A stretch of DNA of 64,000 nucleotides from the NCBI RefSeq assembly GCF_006345805.1, contig NC_043019.1, forward strand, positions 18,847,360 to 18,911,359, read 5' to 3'. The translations under genes and the position numbers were made by a program. The notes beneath the pieces were generated by a model. That model was not told where the DNA came from, made no database searches, and saw nothing but the letters and a program-made list of their open reading frames with translations. The stretch is from Octopus sinensis. Its lineage: Eukaryota. Positions 1 to 13,750 of this stretch are shown here, one piece after another (the first letter of the stretch is position 1; each line of letters opens with the position of its first letter).

Positions 1-214
1 TATATGAAACTACTGCAAGAAACCTTTTGGTTGAAGTGAAACCATTGAAGGCACAAAATGTCATTCAAAACATGTAAATATTTATTTTGAGAATGAGCTG
101 AAAAAATTCTGGGTTCAAATCTAAGTAAAAGAAGCAAACAACATTTGCAACAAGAATCATGAATGCTACGTTAGGTACTCTTACAACCGACACAATGTCA
201 CTACTACAACTTCT

Positions 215-307
215 ACACCTATTACAACCACTACTACTACTACTACCACCACCACCATTACTACTACTACTACCACCACCACCATTACTACAGCCACCAC
301 AACCACT

Positions 308-346
<39 letters not shown>

Positions 347-390
347 ACCACCACCACCTACCACCTACCACCACCATTACTACTTCTAAA
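215..390. repeat. Compound (CTA/CCA/GCC)n trinucleotide microsatellite
   Basis: Seen directly; explains the poly-G and poly-P ORFs. Confidence 0.9.
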
Positions 391-767
391 GAGCAGAGCT
401 ATGTATGACACCATTGTACTCCCCTCTGCAACCATATAAAGAATACAATAAGCGAAACAGCTATTACTACCACAATTGCTGCTGCTACTACTTCTACTGC
501 TACTACTACCACCACCACCACCACCAACAACAACAACAACTATGTGGGGGAGGGGTAAAATTTTGGCACAAGGCCAGTAATTTCAAGGGAAGAAGTAAGT
601 CGATTACCTTGACTATCCCCAGTGCTCAACTGGTACTAAATTCATTGACCCAGAAAGGATGAAAAGCAAAGGCGACCATGGTGGAATTTGAACTCAGAAT
701 GTAAAGACTGATAAAATGCCATGAAGCGTTTTGTCTGGTCTGCAAATGATTCTGTCAGTTTGCTGCC

Positions 768-822
<55 letters not shown>

Positions 823-1240
823 GGTCAGTTGTTTGACCTTAACCAGTTGAGCATGTCCCTTAGTGGCTGACGATATGTGCATCTCTGATCACGAGCAGAA
901 GTAGTGGGGGAGCATCATAGCCATGTGTTGAGAGGGATTCTTTGGGGTTTGAATAATTCACCTCTGGAAACATGGGTGGTTCTTTCAACATCCTTAAACA
1001 ACCCTTATTCAGGGACCTTTTGAGCGGGATGGGCTACTCAACCTGAAGAAAATTCTAACTGGGCCCCACCTGCAAGGTCATGTGCTGTTTATCTTGATAT
1101 GAGATCACCATGTCGCGCACATATGGTTGTGATGCATGTGCCTGGTGTACCTTTATCAGACGGGTAGTCATGATGGGTATATTGGGCTTCGTATATTTTA
1201 CCCCAGTGTCACTTTGATGGCATGCACTGCTCTTTCACTC
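823..1240 (+). mobile_element. Non-coding interspersed repeat bounded on both sides by (TAA)n
   Basis: Unique-looking 418-bp block between TAA tracts at 769-822 and 1241-1340; possibly the 3' UTR or a non-autonomous partner of a TAA-targeting retroelement. Confidence 0.4.
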
Positions 1241-1875
<635 letters not shown>

Positions 1876-1878
1876 TAA

Positions 1879-2250
1879 TAAAGCAAACAATGCTGGATCA
1901 TAGATATAGCATGCTCAGCTGACAACAAAGTATGTGATAAGGAAGAAAGAAAAGTCTATAGATATAAGAGGCTGGCTTGGGAGATTAAGCAGCAGTAGCC
2001 GACGGAAAAGGTGGTAGTAGTAGCAATAATTGTCGGAGCCCTGGGAACAGTGAGTAAAAATCTTGAGAAGTACATGGAACAAATAGGGGCTGCAGTAAGG
2101 GTGGAGCACTGCTTGGAACTGCTTGAATACTGCGGATGATGCTCGAAAAATAAGGGGTGTTACCTTAGTTCACTGGTAGTGAACAGCTGGCACCATAGTA
2201 TATCTCCAGCGTTGAAGTTGTGCAAAGACAATAAAATAACAACAACAATA
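1879..2250 (+). mobile_element. Second, diverged R4/Dong-like REL 3' fragment
   Basis: Manual translation: QCWIIDIACSADNKVCDKEERKVYRYKRLAWEIKQ..VVVVAIIVGALGTVSKNLEKYMEQIG; flanked by TAA tracts. Confidence 0.65.
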
Positions 2251-2373
2251 ATAATAATATGAGATTTGGGGGCGGAAGCTAGTGGATTCCATCAATCCCA
2301 GGAACAGTGAGTTCCTTTGTTGCTCAGGGAATTTTAGAAAAGTGCAAACATAATCAAAAACACAGCCACCCAT

Positions 2374-2406
<33 letters not shown>

Positions 2407-5400
2407 GAAGTAGAATCTGAACTCGGAATATAAAATTTGAAGAAACTAAGCACTAAGCACTTGTCGGCATATTGAGGCAAGCCACTGTCTTAATAATGGT
2501 TTGAAATTTAGACACAAGGCTGAGTGTCTGTCCCGTGTTTTTTCTGATGTTTCACTCTCCCCTTTCACCTTCCCAACTTCTCTCCTCTAATGGCATTACC
2601 CTATTGTCTCCCTATACTAGATAAGGCCAAAAGTTTAGGGTGAAGGGAATCCTTGAATTTATCAACCCACATCCTTGACTATTGTTTATTTTCCCACACT
2701 GGGGAAAAGAAAGACAAAGTTTGAACATATGTACATGGTCTGAAATTTGTGGGGGGAAAGGAACAATTGATTACATCAACCCAAGTATTTGATTGGGACA
2801 TTATTTTATTGATGCCCAAATGGATCAAAGGCAAAGTTGACCTCAGCAGGATTTGAACTCAGAATATAAAGAGCCAAAACGAAAAAGAATTACAGGAAGG
2901 TGTTTTGTCTAATGCACCAACAACAACAACAACAATGATAATTTTTCTAATATAAGCGCAAGGCCAGCAGTTTTGAAGGGAAATTATTAGTCCATTGACC
3001 CTCATCCCCAGTACATGACTGGTACTTACTACAACTACCACAACTACAACAAATACTGCATCAACAGCCACTGTTACAACTATCACAACAACAACACCAA
3101 CTACTACAACAAGCAATATAATACATACATATACATATATATATATACACACACATATGTATGTATATATATTTATACACCTAAGCAAGCTCAACAAGAA
3201 ATCAATGACAAACCATAAGAGCTGACTCTGGCAATAAGTTTGTGCATGTCGTTGAAATGCTGTGCATTCGCCCAGCCACGCAACGAGCGTCCTTGAGTGA
3301 ACAGCAACTGTAAACAGAACAAGTCATGTATGGCAACAGTGAATAGTTTGTGTGGGTGTGAGGGTGGATGGGCGTAAAACAACAAGAAGATTAACAATAG
3401 CACTTGGGCACAATAACGTCTACAACAACGATAAGAACAGCAAATTGACAAGACAGCCGTATGAAATGTGGTTGCTCAATGACCCACCCAAAAAGAAAAA
3501 AAACTAAATCTCATTCAAATCAGATCTAACCATGTTAAAAATGGAAGGACACATTGCAAAATTGTAATAGATGCTACACTGTATTACACTGGTGCTAATG
3601 ATGGGAAGGTCACAGTTGGAATGTCTCTTTAGTTATAAATCTGTCCACAAAAGTCTGACCAATATACCTTAAAAAAACAGGGGTGCCAAAGTAGGAATGC
3701 CTTTTACCATAAAGCTGCCTACATCATCCTCATCAGCTTCATTAGAATCAATTTTTGGTTGTTTTTCTTCTTGTAAATATCAAAGGGCTTGGTTCAGTCA
3801 TATAAATGGGTGAGTGCTGGCGGGAGGTGGGGGTGGCAAGAAATAAACCCCCATGCGTGTGTGTTGTCAATGGAAGTAAGATATGGAGTGGAAGGGAGCT
3901 TTCCACATATCCCAGTCCTGTGTCAACTTGCATCTCAAATTTGAAGTCCAACATCCAGAGATCTAATCTCACTTCCCATGTCTGCACTTGGTCTTCATCT
4001 GTCACAACTACCTTCCACTGACAGCACACACACACACACACACGAGGGGTTTATTCCCCGTCTCCACCAGCACTCATCATCCATTTGCCTCTTTCAGGTA
4101 GATGTCTTTTACCACCTGAGATTGACCAATGCCTTGTGGGTGAAACTTGATAAATGGATAAGTCTATCATATACATACATCTATATGTGTCTTTTTGTTT
4201 GTGTTTGTCACCCACCAATGCTTGACAACTGGTGTTGGTTTGTTTACATCCCTGTAAATTTGCAGTTCAATAAAAAAAGAGACTGATAGAATAAATGCCA
4301 GACTTAAAAATAAGTACTAGGGTCAATTTGTTAGACTAAACCATTCAAGGGGTATGCACCAGCATGGTCGCAGTCCAATGATTGAAACAAGTGATGGCTA
4401 AAAGACAAAACCTGTGATTGTGTAGAGCAGCTGAGAAGAGCAACAGAAGAGGAAGGAGCAGTGGACAAATGTCTAAATGTCTGGAATGAGCTGTCATTAA
4501 CAGAATCATTAATTATTCAAGGATTTCAGGGATTCAAAGGCCGAGACAAATTTACAACTGGCACTACTCCGTCAGTTAGGACAGGGAGTGGTCCAGGGGT
4601 GATCTGACCAACGGAACAGCCTGCTGCTCATGAAGTTAATGCACAAGTGGCTGAGTGCTCCACAGACACGTGGACCCTTAATGTAGTTCTCAGGGAGATT
4701 CAGTTTCACACTGAGTGTGACAAGGCTGGCCCCTTTGAAATACAGGTACAACTCATTTCTACCTGCTGAGTGGAGTGGAGCATCATGAAGTGAAGTGTCT
4801 TGCTCAAGGACACAACGTGCCACCAGGAAGAGCCAAATACGCCAAACCACAAAGTCATGTGACTTCAAATATAAGGAAAGAGCAAAATGAGCAACAAAAA
4901 AGGAACACAAGTTGGGTGTAGGGCCTTTTATTGGTTGCTAAGTGGTTCTATGGTGCTTTGTCAAACAGGCAAATGGAGGTATGTGTTAGCTTTTATTGTT
5001 ACTTGTTTCAGTCATTCAACTGTGACCATGCTGGGGCACTGTGTCGAAGGGTTTAGTTGAACAAATCAACCCCAGTACTTAATTGTTAAGTCAAGAATTT
5101 ATTTTACCATTCACTTTTGATGACCTGCTAAGTTATGATGGTATAAATAAACCAATACCAGTTGTCAAGAAGGAGAGGGGTGGTTACAAACACACACATA
5201 CATATATAATTGGCTTCAACACAGTTTCTAAATCCCCTCACAAGGTTTTGGTTGACCTAGGGCTATAATAGATGACATTCGGGAATGAACCCAAGACTGC
5301 ATAGTTGAGAAACAAACTTCTTATCCACTCAGCAACATTTGAATATTTTAAAAAATATTCTGTAAAAACGTATTTTGCAAGAACATAGTCAGAGCCTGAC

Positions 5401-5650
5401 TATTTCCATGATTAACAGTAGTTGGAATTAGTGGAACACTAAGGAATCTTATGTTATCTTAACCAAGTAAAAAGAGGCTTTTGAATCTATAAACTAAAAC
5501 ATGCGACCTATTTTCCCTTCACTTTATCTTTACATGCTGAGCCAAGTGGAAGGAATTTTCTTAAAATTAAATGTATGCCTTACTGGTATTAAGAAAGGAT
5601 AGGAAAATATTAGATTTATAAGCCCTAAAATTTACTCCATAATTGCCCAT

Positions 5651-5721
5651 GGGCATATGGCATAGTGGTTAAGAGCACAGGCTGCTAACCCCAAGATTCT
5701 GACTTCAATTTAAAGCAGTAA

Positions 5722-5768
<47 letters not shown>

Positions 5769-5915
5769 TCGAAAAACACCTTAGGAATGAGAACCCAGGT
5801 TCGAAATTTCCCCAAGACACCTGATGAAGGCTGGAGGGTGTATCATCTGAAACGTGTTAACAACAAACAAGATGAGGACAAATATTGGTCAAATGTAAAT
5901 AATGTAAATTTATGC
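5651..5915 (+). mobile_element. tRNA-headed SINE-like element with internal (TAA)n and a degenerate hammerhead-like tail
   Basis: A-box TGGCATAGTGG at 5658-5668, degenerate B-box, (TAA)n, then CTGATGA (5821-5827) and GAAA (5849-5852). Confidence 0.45.
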
Positions 5916-7449
5916 CTGTATTTCATTTAAATGGATTCTAGTGATAAGAATAATATTGAGAGTTTTACAGCTGAAACTGTGCAAGCTTTCTATCAAGTAT
6001 TAAGCTTTTCAAGAACTATATAGAATCATTTAGATAATTTCCATCTTCATTCTCCCTCTAAGGACTTAATAGAGTTTTTCCCTTAAATCTCTTCGCCCAA
6101 ATTTTGCTCATATTCTTTTATAATGTCGGCCATTTATTTTGGCCTACATTATAAATAGTGTTTTTAGAAATAACCATTGCTACCCAGCCTACAAAATCTA
6201 GTTTATGCTCCAGCCAGGCCCACAGAGTGAAGCAACTGTGACACTCTGGCTGTACAGAATCTATTCAGGGCTAAAATAATATAAGTTATCCACTGAAAGG
6301 ATTTTTGTTTTATGACATGAAGGGGTCAGGGGCGGGGGGTGGAGGTAGGGGCTAATATTACTTTCATTTGATGGGTTTTAATGTTTGTCCCCTTCACTTA
6401 TGAAATATTATCGAATAGTGTCTGGCAGAGAGGGTGTAGTATGGATCAAGTTCTGGTTTGGACAGCAACAGAGCTGATAGATATATGAATTGTAATGGTC
6501 AGGTTTCTTCTACGGGCTCCTATACAGCTTCAACTGAGAGGAGGACAGAGATGGAAGGATGGATGGACGGATGGATAGATGGACAGTTAGGTAGATAGAT
6601 AGGTAAGTAGAGACACTGGTAGACTGATAAAAATAAAGGGATAAAGCTCATTCCCAAGTCATATAAAACTCATAAGGCCAGTTTCTTGGATTCTGTGGAT
6701 GGGTGGAATGCCAGTCAGTCGCAGGACCACTCACAATTGCCATCTGAGTGGACTGGAGCAATGGGAAATGAAGTGTTTTGCTCAAGGACACAATGCATTG
6801 CCCGGTCCAGGAATTGAAACCACAATCTTACGATCATGAGTCCAACACCCTAACCACTAAGCCATACTCCTCCACTGTAGACAGACACATGGACAGACAC
6901 ATGGACAGATAGGCCAACAGAGAGATAGGACAAATGGACACACACACACACACTGGGACAGACAGACAGATAAATAGAATAAAGACCAGACAGAAGCATA
7001 ACTTGAAAAAGGGGAAAAAAATGAAACAGAAACTAGTATAAAAAGTCAGACTAAGTGACCAGTGGGGTGGATGAAGCAAAGTATATTTGTGTGTGTGTGC
7101 ACAAATGGATACACACATACACACACACACACACGTGCACACACACACATGCACACACACACACACACACGTGCACACACACACTATATACACAGCCTTC
7201 TCTACATAAAACAACATATGTGTATAGAAGCAAGGTAAATCATGGTGTATATGGCAATGAATCTCTGGTGACAGATGTTTCTGATGTGTCTCGAATAACC
7301 TTCCACCTGATGGCAGGGACAGCCCCCCCCACAACCCCACCACCCAGTTTGGACATAGTTGGGTAGTTGACTCTGACCAATGCATGACTAGATCACTTTA
7401 ACAAACAAATGGGTAACAGCTGGGGAGTTGCGATGTGCATGCCTCTCAC

Positions 7450-7508
7450 TCTCTCACACACACACACACACATATGTATATGTATATATATATATATATG
7501 TAAGTATG

Positions 7509-7543
<35 letters not shown>

Positions 7544-7561
7544 TATGTATATATATATATG

Positions 7562-7620
<59 letters not shown>

Positions 7621-7733
7621 TATATATATATGTAAGTATGTATGTATATATATATATATATACACACTATGTATATATATGTATATATATGTAAGTATAT
7701 ATATGTATGTGTGTGTGTGTGTGTGTGTGTATG

Positions 7734-7784
<51 letters not shown>

Positions 7785-8196
7785 ATCACATATACAGAAG
7801 TGATTGAAAGAGAAGAGATGAAGCAGACAAATGCTGGCCAACAGAACAGAAGAAGTGGAACTAATCTAGATTTAGAAAAAATATCAATGAAACTAGACAC
7901 ACGCACACACATGCATGCACGCCCCCTCCATGCACGCCCCTCCATGCACGCCCCTCCATGCACACAGACTCCCAAACGGCTGGTGTGGGATTAAATAACA
8001 GCAACGTGGACGTTGGACATTCTGAATGGCTTCTAAACATAATTTAGATGCAAATACTTCTGATATAGTGGAATATTTTTTACAGAATACGTGTGCATGC
8101 ACACACACACACACACACAATTCACACGTGTGTACATAAGAACGTATATAAACATACATATATATATATGAATATATGTGTGTGTGTATATATGTA

Positions 8197-8274
<78 letters not shown>

Positions 8275-8299
8275 ATATATGTGTGTGTGTATATATGTA

Positions 8300-8345
<46 letters not shown>

Positions 8346-8390
8346 TATATGTGTGTGTATATATGTATGCATATATATATATATATCATG
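7450..8390. repeat. (TA)n/(CA)n/(TG)n microsatellite cluster
   Basis: Seen directly; source of the YIYI and HTHT ORFs. Confidence 0.95.
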
Positions 8391-8679
8391 AGAGGGAGAG
8401 AAAGGGAGGAAGAAAGACAGAGATGTACACACACACAGATATAAGAATACAAATAGTGTTTGAAATTTTGGAAGAATTTTCTTGATGTATTCATAAATTA
8501 CATCACAGCATTTAATCCACCATCTTCAGATAAAATTTTAAACACATATAAACAGGTGAGACTTGATCATGACAAATCCAACCAATGTTTTTGGATAAAT
8601 GGTATTTTAAAAAATAATATTTGAATTTCTAGACAAATTAGGAGTGGCTTTAATTTCTTTATAATTTCTCTATGAATTC

Positions 8680-9138
8680 AAGTGAAATCGAAATCGGAAT
8701 CGAAATTGAACCAATCCTATGACTGGCACCCGGCAGATGCCAGGACCCCTGGACTGGAGATACATAAAAAGCACTATACGAATCGTGGCCGATGCCAGCG
8801 CCGCCCCGACTGGCTTCCGTGTCGGTGGCACGTAAAAAGCACCATCCGAATCGTGGCCAAAGCCAGTGCTGCCTCGACTGGCTTCTGTGCAGGTGGCACG
8901 TAAAATGCACCAATCCGACCATGGCCGATCCCAGCCTCGCCTGGCACCTGTGCAGGTGGCACGTAAAAAGCACCCACTACACTCACGGAGTGGTTGGTGT
9001 TAGGAAGGGCATCCAGCTGTAGAAACATTGCCAGATAAGACCGGAGCCTGGTGCAGCCTTCTGGCTTCCCAGATCCCCGGTCAAACCGTCCAACCCATGC
9101 TAGCATGGAGAACGGACGTTAAACGATGATGATGATGA
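8680..9138 (+). mobile_element. RTE LINE 3' UTR with (GAT)n tail
   Basis: Same tail as the RT-bearing copies at 22.8 and 35.7 kb (..GGAAGGGCATCCAGCTGTAGAAAC..AACCCATGCTAGCATGG..GATGATGAT). Confidence 0.8.
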
Positions 9139-9200
<62 letters not shown>

Positions 9201-9339
9201 TATAGTTAAACAAGATAGAATACCAAGCAAAGCTCATCCACAGTCATTGGTTACCTGATGTCATCATACAGTGGGAATGCTCCTGCTACTGGATATAAAT
9301 CGGGAATTCCATATTACTCGTAGAATTTATATAGATAGA

Positions 9340-9900
9340 TAAATTATAGAAAATGGAAGGAACCACATTTTTTATTTAAAATCCCGACAACTGTTTCAAC
9401 GTATTTTTACATCTACATCTATATTGCTGAATTGTGTAACCATTATCATCATCGAAGGTGTAAAATGTGTCTCCTCAGATGATTGTTTAAATAAGTCCTT
9501 CGTTAAATCTTGTCGTCATTTCACTCAGTGTGAGAGTGCATTCCCAAAGTGATATTCATTTTCAGCAGTTTACAGACAAAACTATATATATATATATATT
9601 AAATATACATTAAGTGAAAACTAAATACAACACTTTAAACTATATACATTAAATCAGATTAAATAATTAATATATTTATTAATTAATTATATTATTGTAG
9701 TTATTTTTAACCTGATGAGTGGCTACATTTATATTGAAGTGATTTTACTACTACTACTAATATTTTTACTATAATCATTTCTTAAATATAGCCACGAAAC
9801 ACGTGACGTTATTCTACCAAATATATACTTTTTATTTATTATTTTGCACATTACTTAATCATCGGTATATTATTTTTTTATCTTATATTTAATATTTCTA
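9340..9900 (+). mobile_element. Penelope-like element 3' relic (GIY-YIG C-terminus plus terminal repeat)
   Basis: Degenerate RRCKMCL..LNKSFVKSCRH, matching the CxLC..LNK..CRH end of the Naiad-type endonuclease, followed by a hammerhead-like motif. Confidence 0.55.
9706..9812 (+). ncRNA. Type I hammerhead-ribozyme-like motif (cleavage triplet mutated)
   Basis: TAAC-CTGATGA(9712-9718)-GTGGCTA..TAGCCAC-GAAA(9796-9799)-CACGTG-AC-GTTA. Stem II has 7 bp, stem I is TAAC/GTTA, and GAC stands where GUC is expected. Confidence 0.6.
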
Positions 9901-9971
9901 TTATATGTAATTTTCTAGATGGTGTAATTTAATTTTTCATTTTGAATTGATAAAAGGTGGGTTTTTTTCTA

Positions 9972-10003
<32 letters not shown>

Positions 10004-10329
10004 TTGGGCATCCAGCTGTAGAAACACTGCCAGATCAGACTGGAGCCTGGTGCAGCCCGAGGCTTCCCAGACCCCAGTCAAACCGTCCAACCCATGCTAG
10101 CATGGAAAACAGACGTTAAACGATGATGATGATGATATATTTATATATATATATATATTTATGTCTACTAAGGGCAAATCTGTGGTTGGAACAAAGTCCC
10201 TGCCAGACCAAAGGTGAAGTTGTGGTAGAACATGGCCATAAAGGAGAAAAGATGGGCCTGGAAAGTGTGGAAAAGAGGAGGTGATGGCTAAGAAACTTAT
10301 CAGAAGGCTAAAAGGGAGGCTAGATCTCA

Positions 10330-11828
10330 GGTTTATCTCACTAGGGTAGAAGCAGAAACGAAGAGGTTTGCCAAAGTCCTACAGTGTGATGATCAGAGAC
10401 CTGAAGTGTTCCGGATTGCCAGACAGTGTGTCAGTGAGAATCAGGATATTGTTGGAGAGAAGTGTGCACAGATGGATAATGGTATACTTGCACTTAGTGA
10501 TGTGGAGAAGAAAGAGGCATGGAAATGTTACTATGCGAGACTGTTGAATGTAGAGAATGAATGGAATAAAGGGAGTCTCCCACATGTGAACCCAGCTATT
10601 CTAGTGGACAGCAGTGTGATAGGTAAGACAATTAAAAGCCTGAAAACAGGGAAAGCCCTTGGTCCATCTGGAATCACAGCTGAGATGCTCAAAATATCCA
10701 GTAAGGTAGGATATGGGCTGGTGGTTACCTGCATAGTTGATCAGGTCATTCAAGCAGGTGTAATACCCAGTGACTGGTGTAGCAACATAATTATTAGCTG
10801 CTACAAGGGTAAGGGTTATGCAGTAGATGGAAGTAACTGTAGAGACATCAAACTCCTGGACCAGGTGATGAAAATTATGGAGATTTATTGGCCAATTAAT
10901 TAGGAGCAGAATTAGGGTTGACGAAATGCAGTTCAGCTTTGTTTGGGGAAAAAGCACTACCAACATTATTTTCACAGTCAAGCAACTGCAAGAGAAGTAC
11001 TGAGCAAAGAATTTGTTGATCTAGAGAATGCCTTCAATAGAGTGACTCACTGTATGATATGATGGGCAGTGAGGAGGGGCTAGGGATACACAGGTGGCAG
11101 ATGAAAGCTGTATAGGCCTTGTACAAAGACATGTCAGTAAGGTGAGAGTTAACCATGAGTACAGTGAAGAATCTGATATACAGGTAGGGGGTCATCAAGG
11201 CTCAGTCCTTAGTTTCCTCATTGTCCTCCAGGCCATAACAAAGGAATCCAAGACCAACAGCCCCTTAGGCTGATCTTCTTGCTGTCATAGCAGATTCCAT
11301 ATCAGAGCTAGATGAGAAATTCCAAGTGTGGAGCAAAACCAAGAATCTAAAGGCCTTAAGGTTAATTTAGCAAAGACTAAGGTTCTAGTAAGCAAGAAAA
11401 CTGATAGGATTCTATTCCCACTCAGGTAGGTGGTCCCGTTCGATTTGTGGGAAAGATGTAGGCAGGAACTCCATACAACATATCCATTGTAAGCTAAGGA
11501 CACACAAGAGGTGCAGTATATTAATAGGAAGGTTATTAGAGAAGATAGTCTTGTAAGTGGAAGATGCACAGGAGCCATAAAAAAACTTTAGAGACTTAGA
11601 AAATTGATTCCTTCAAATGCCCTGGTGACTCATTAGAGGCAGTAGATGATTTCTGTTTGCCTAGGGGACCAAATAAATAGTACACATCCAGTGAAGCATA
11701 CTAGCTTAATTTCTGTCAAGGCTATGCATATCTTCAGCAGTCACAGTCCATGTTTCCCTGCCATGTAGCATGGTTGTTTGCACACAGGCATCATACAATC
11801 TACACGATCTTACTGTTATGGAGCCAAG
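10330..11828 (+). pseudogene. Degraded RTE LINE RT region with inverted terminal segment (11680-11828)
   Basis: TGKALGPSGITAEMLK, CYKGKG, IKLLDQVMK motifs homologous to the 22.8 kb copy. The last ~150 bp encode LYDACV..MLHG.ETW on the minus strand. Confidence 0.85.
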
Positions 11829-12765
11829 AAAGAGATAGTATGAAAATGAAATATGTATACATATATTTATTTATACATGCACACATATACACTTCTTATA
11901 TACATACTATTTTAACAAGATAGAAATAGAGAAAAGTGGAAAAGAAATACATGCATATATCTATTTGTATAGGCATGTATTCTTTTATTCTTTTACTTGT
12001 TTCAGTCATTTGACTGTGGCCATGCTGGAGCACTACATACACACTTCTTACATACATTATTCTGTTATAAAAATTAAAAAAAAAAAACAGATATAGACAA
12101 TACAATATGATAAAGATAAATAAATTAAAATATAATATACAGGCATCATATGAGTGAAATAGAATATACTCACATACATCTCTTTATAAAAGGACATAGA
12201 CATTTCTAATAAACATTTTTAGCCCAAGTCCAACCCACATGCAAAGTGATGTATATAGTTTGATACACACTCACACAAACACTTCTTACATACATTTAAC
12301 TATTTTTAAAATACCTCAGATAAATACATACAACATGATAAAGAAAAATTAAATCAAAATAAAAACAAGCAGATTGTATCAATTAAGTTTCAAACATTAA
12401 TTATTTTCACAAAACTGAGAAAATGAGCATTTTAGCCTGTGATTGCATCTAATAAATCTTTCAGGGTACATATTCACAAGTTTATCTGTACACATTAAAA
12501 TACATAGCACCTCTTTGGAACAGAGACTGCAAGATCTTGAGAAAGAATTATACAGACATACATTTTCTTTTTACCATCCATGTGATGTTGAATTGCATTT
12601 TTCCTTCCTTAAGTTTCCAGACCAGGTAAGCAAATGATGTGTACAGTGTCTCCTGATAATGTTTTTAAATGATGCGATGTGGTTCTGAAATCTACGTCTG
12701 AAGCAATCAGCAGTCACACCGACAAATATAAATCCATCTGCTAGCATTCTAACTGTACATCATCA

Positions 12766-13750
12766 TCATCATCATCGTTTAATGTCCGTTCTCCATGCTA
12801 GCATGGGTTGGACGGTTCAACCGGGGATCTGGGAAGCCAGAAGGCTGCACCAGGCTCCAGTCTGATCTGGCAATGTTTCTACAGCTGGATGCCCTTCCTA
12901 ATGCCAATCACTCCGTGAGTGTAGTGGGTGCTTTTTACGTGCCACCCACACCGGTGCCAGGCGAGGCTGGCAATGGCCACGGTCGGATTGGTGCATTTTA
13001 CATGCCACCGGCACGGAAGCCAGTCGAGGTGGCACTGGCTTCGGTCACGATTCGGATGGTGCTTTTTACGTGCCACCAGCACGGAAGCCAGTCGAGGCGG
13101 TGCTGGCATTGGCCACGATTCGGATAGTGCTTTTTACGTACCACCAGTCCAGGGGTCCTGGCATCTGCCGGGTGCCAGTCATAGGATTGGTTCAATTTCC
13201 ATTCCGATTTTGATTTCGATTTCCCTTGCCCCAACAGGTCTTCGCAAGCATAGGTGCCTGTCGTCGGATGAGGTTCGATATCGACTTCGCTTGCCTCAAC
13301 CGGTCTTTGTGTCCAAGGGAGGAAAGGCATGCATAAGTGGGCTGGACTCACTTGTCCTGCCTGGTCTTCTCACGTACAGCATATTTCCAAAGGTCTCAGT
13401 CGCTGGTCATTTCTTCAGTGAGGCCTAAAGTTCGAAGGTCGTGCTTCACCACCTCGTCCCAGGTTTTCCTGGGTCTACCCCTTCCACGGGTTCCCTCAAC
13501 TGCTAGGGATTGGCACTTTTTCACACACTTATCTTCATCCATTCTCGCCACATGACCATACCAGCGCAATCGTCTTTCTTGCACACTACAACCGATGCTT
13601 CTTAGGTACAACATTCCTCTCAAGGTACTAACGCTCTGTCGAGAATGTACACTGACATTACACATCCATCGGAGCATACTGGCTTCATTCCTCGCGAGCT
13701 TACGCATGTCCTCAGCAGTCACGGCCCATGTTTCACTGCCATGTAGCATA
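12766..13750 (-). mobile_element. 5'-truncated RTE LINE (ORF C-terminus, 3' UTR, tail) inserted in the Penelope GIY-YIG
   Basis: MLHGSETWAVTAEDMRKLARNEASMLRW..GRPRKTW; (GAT)n tail; short TACAT duplication at the junctions. Confidence 0.9.

Noticed and set aside
3748-4020. Minus-strand ORF WKVVVTDEDQVQTWEVRLDLW as a terminal exon
   Set aside because: The acceptor sits in a (TG)n tract, there is no recognisable homology, and no partner exon could be linked.
5651-5720. Genuine tRNA genes (also SINE heads at 38440 and 49740)
   Set aside because: The B-boxes are degenerate or the heads continue into SINE bodies; no complete cloverleaf could be drawn.
6834-8494. Many 60-180 aa ORFs rich in YI, HT and CV (also at 16-20 kb and 40 kb)
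   Set aside because: They are translations of dinucleotide and tetranucleotide microsatellites.
12465-12625. Apparent plus-strand exon with good AG/GTAAGC sites (SLEQRLQDLEKELY...)
   Set aside because: It is the antisense strand of the Penelope-like GIY-YIG domain, which explains the sequence better.
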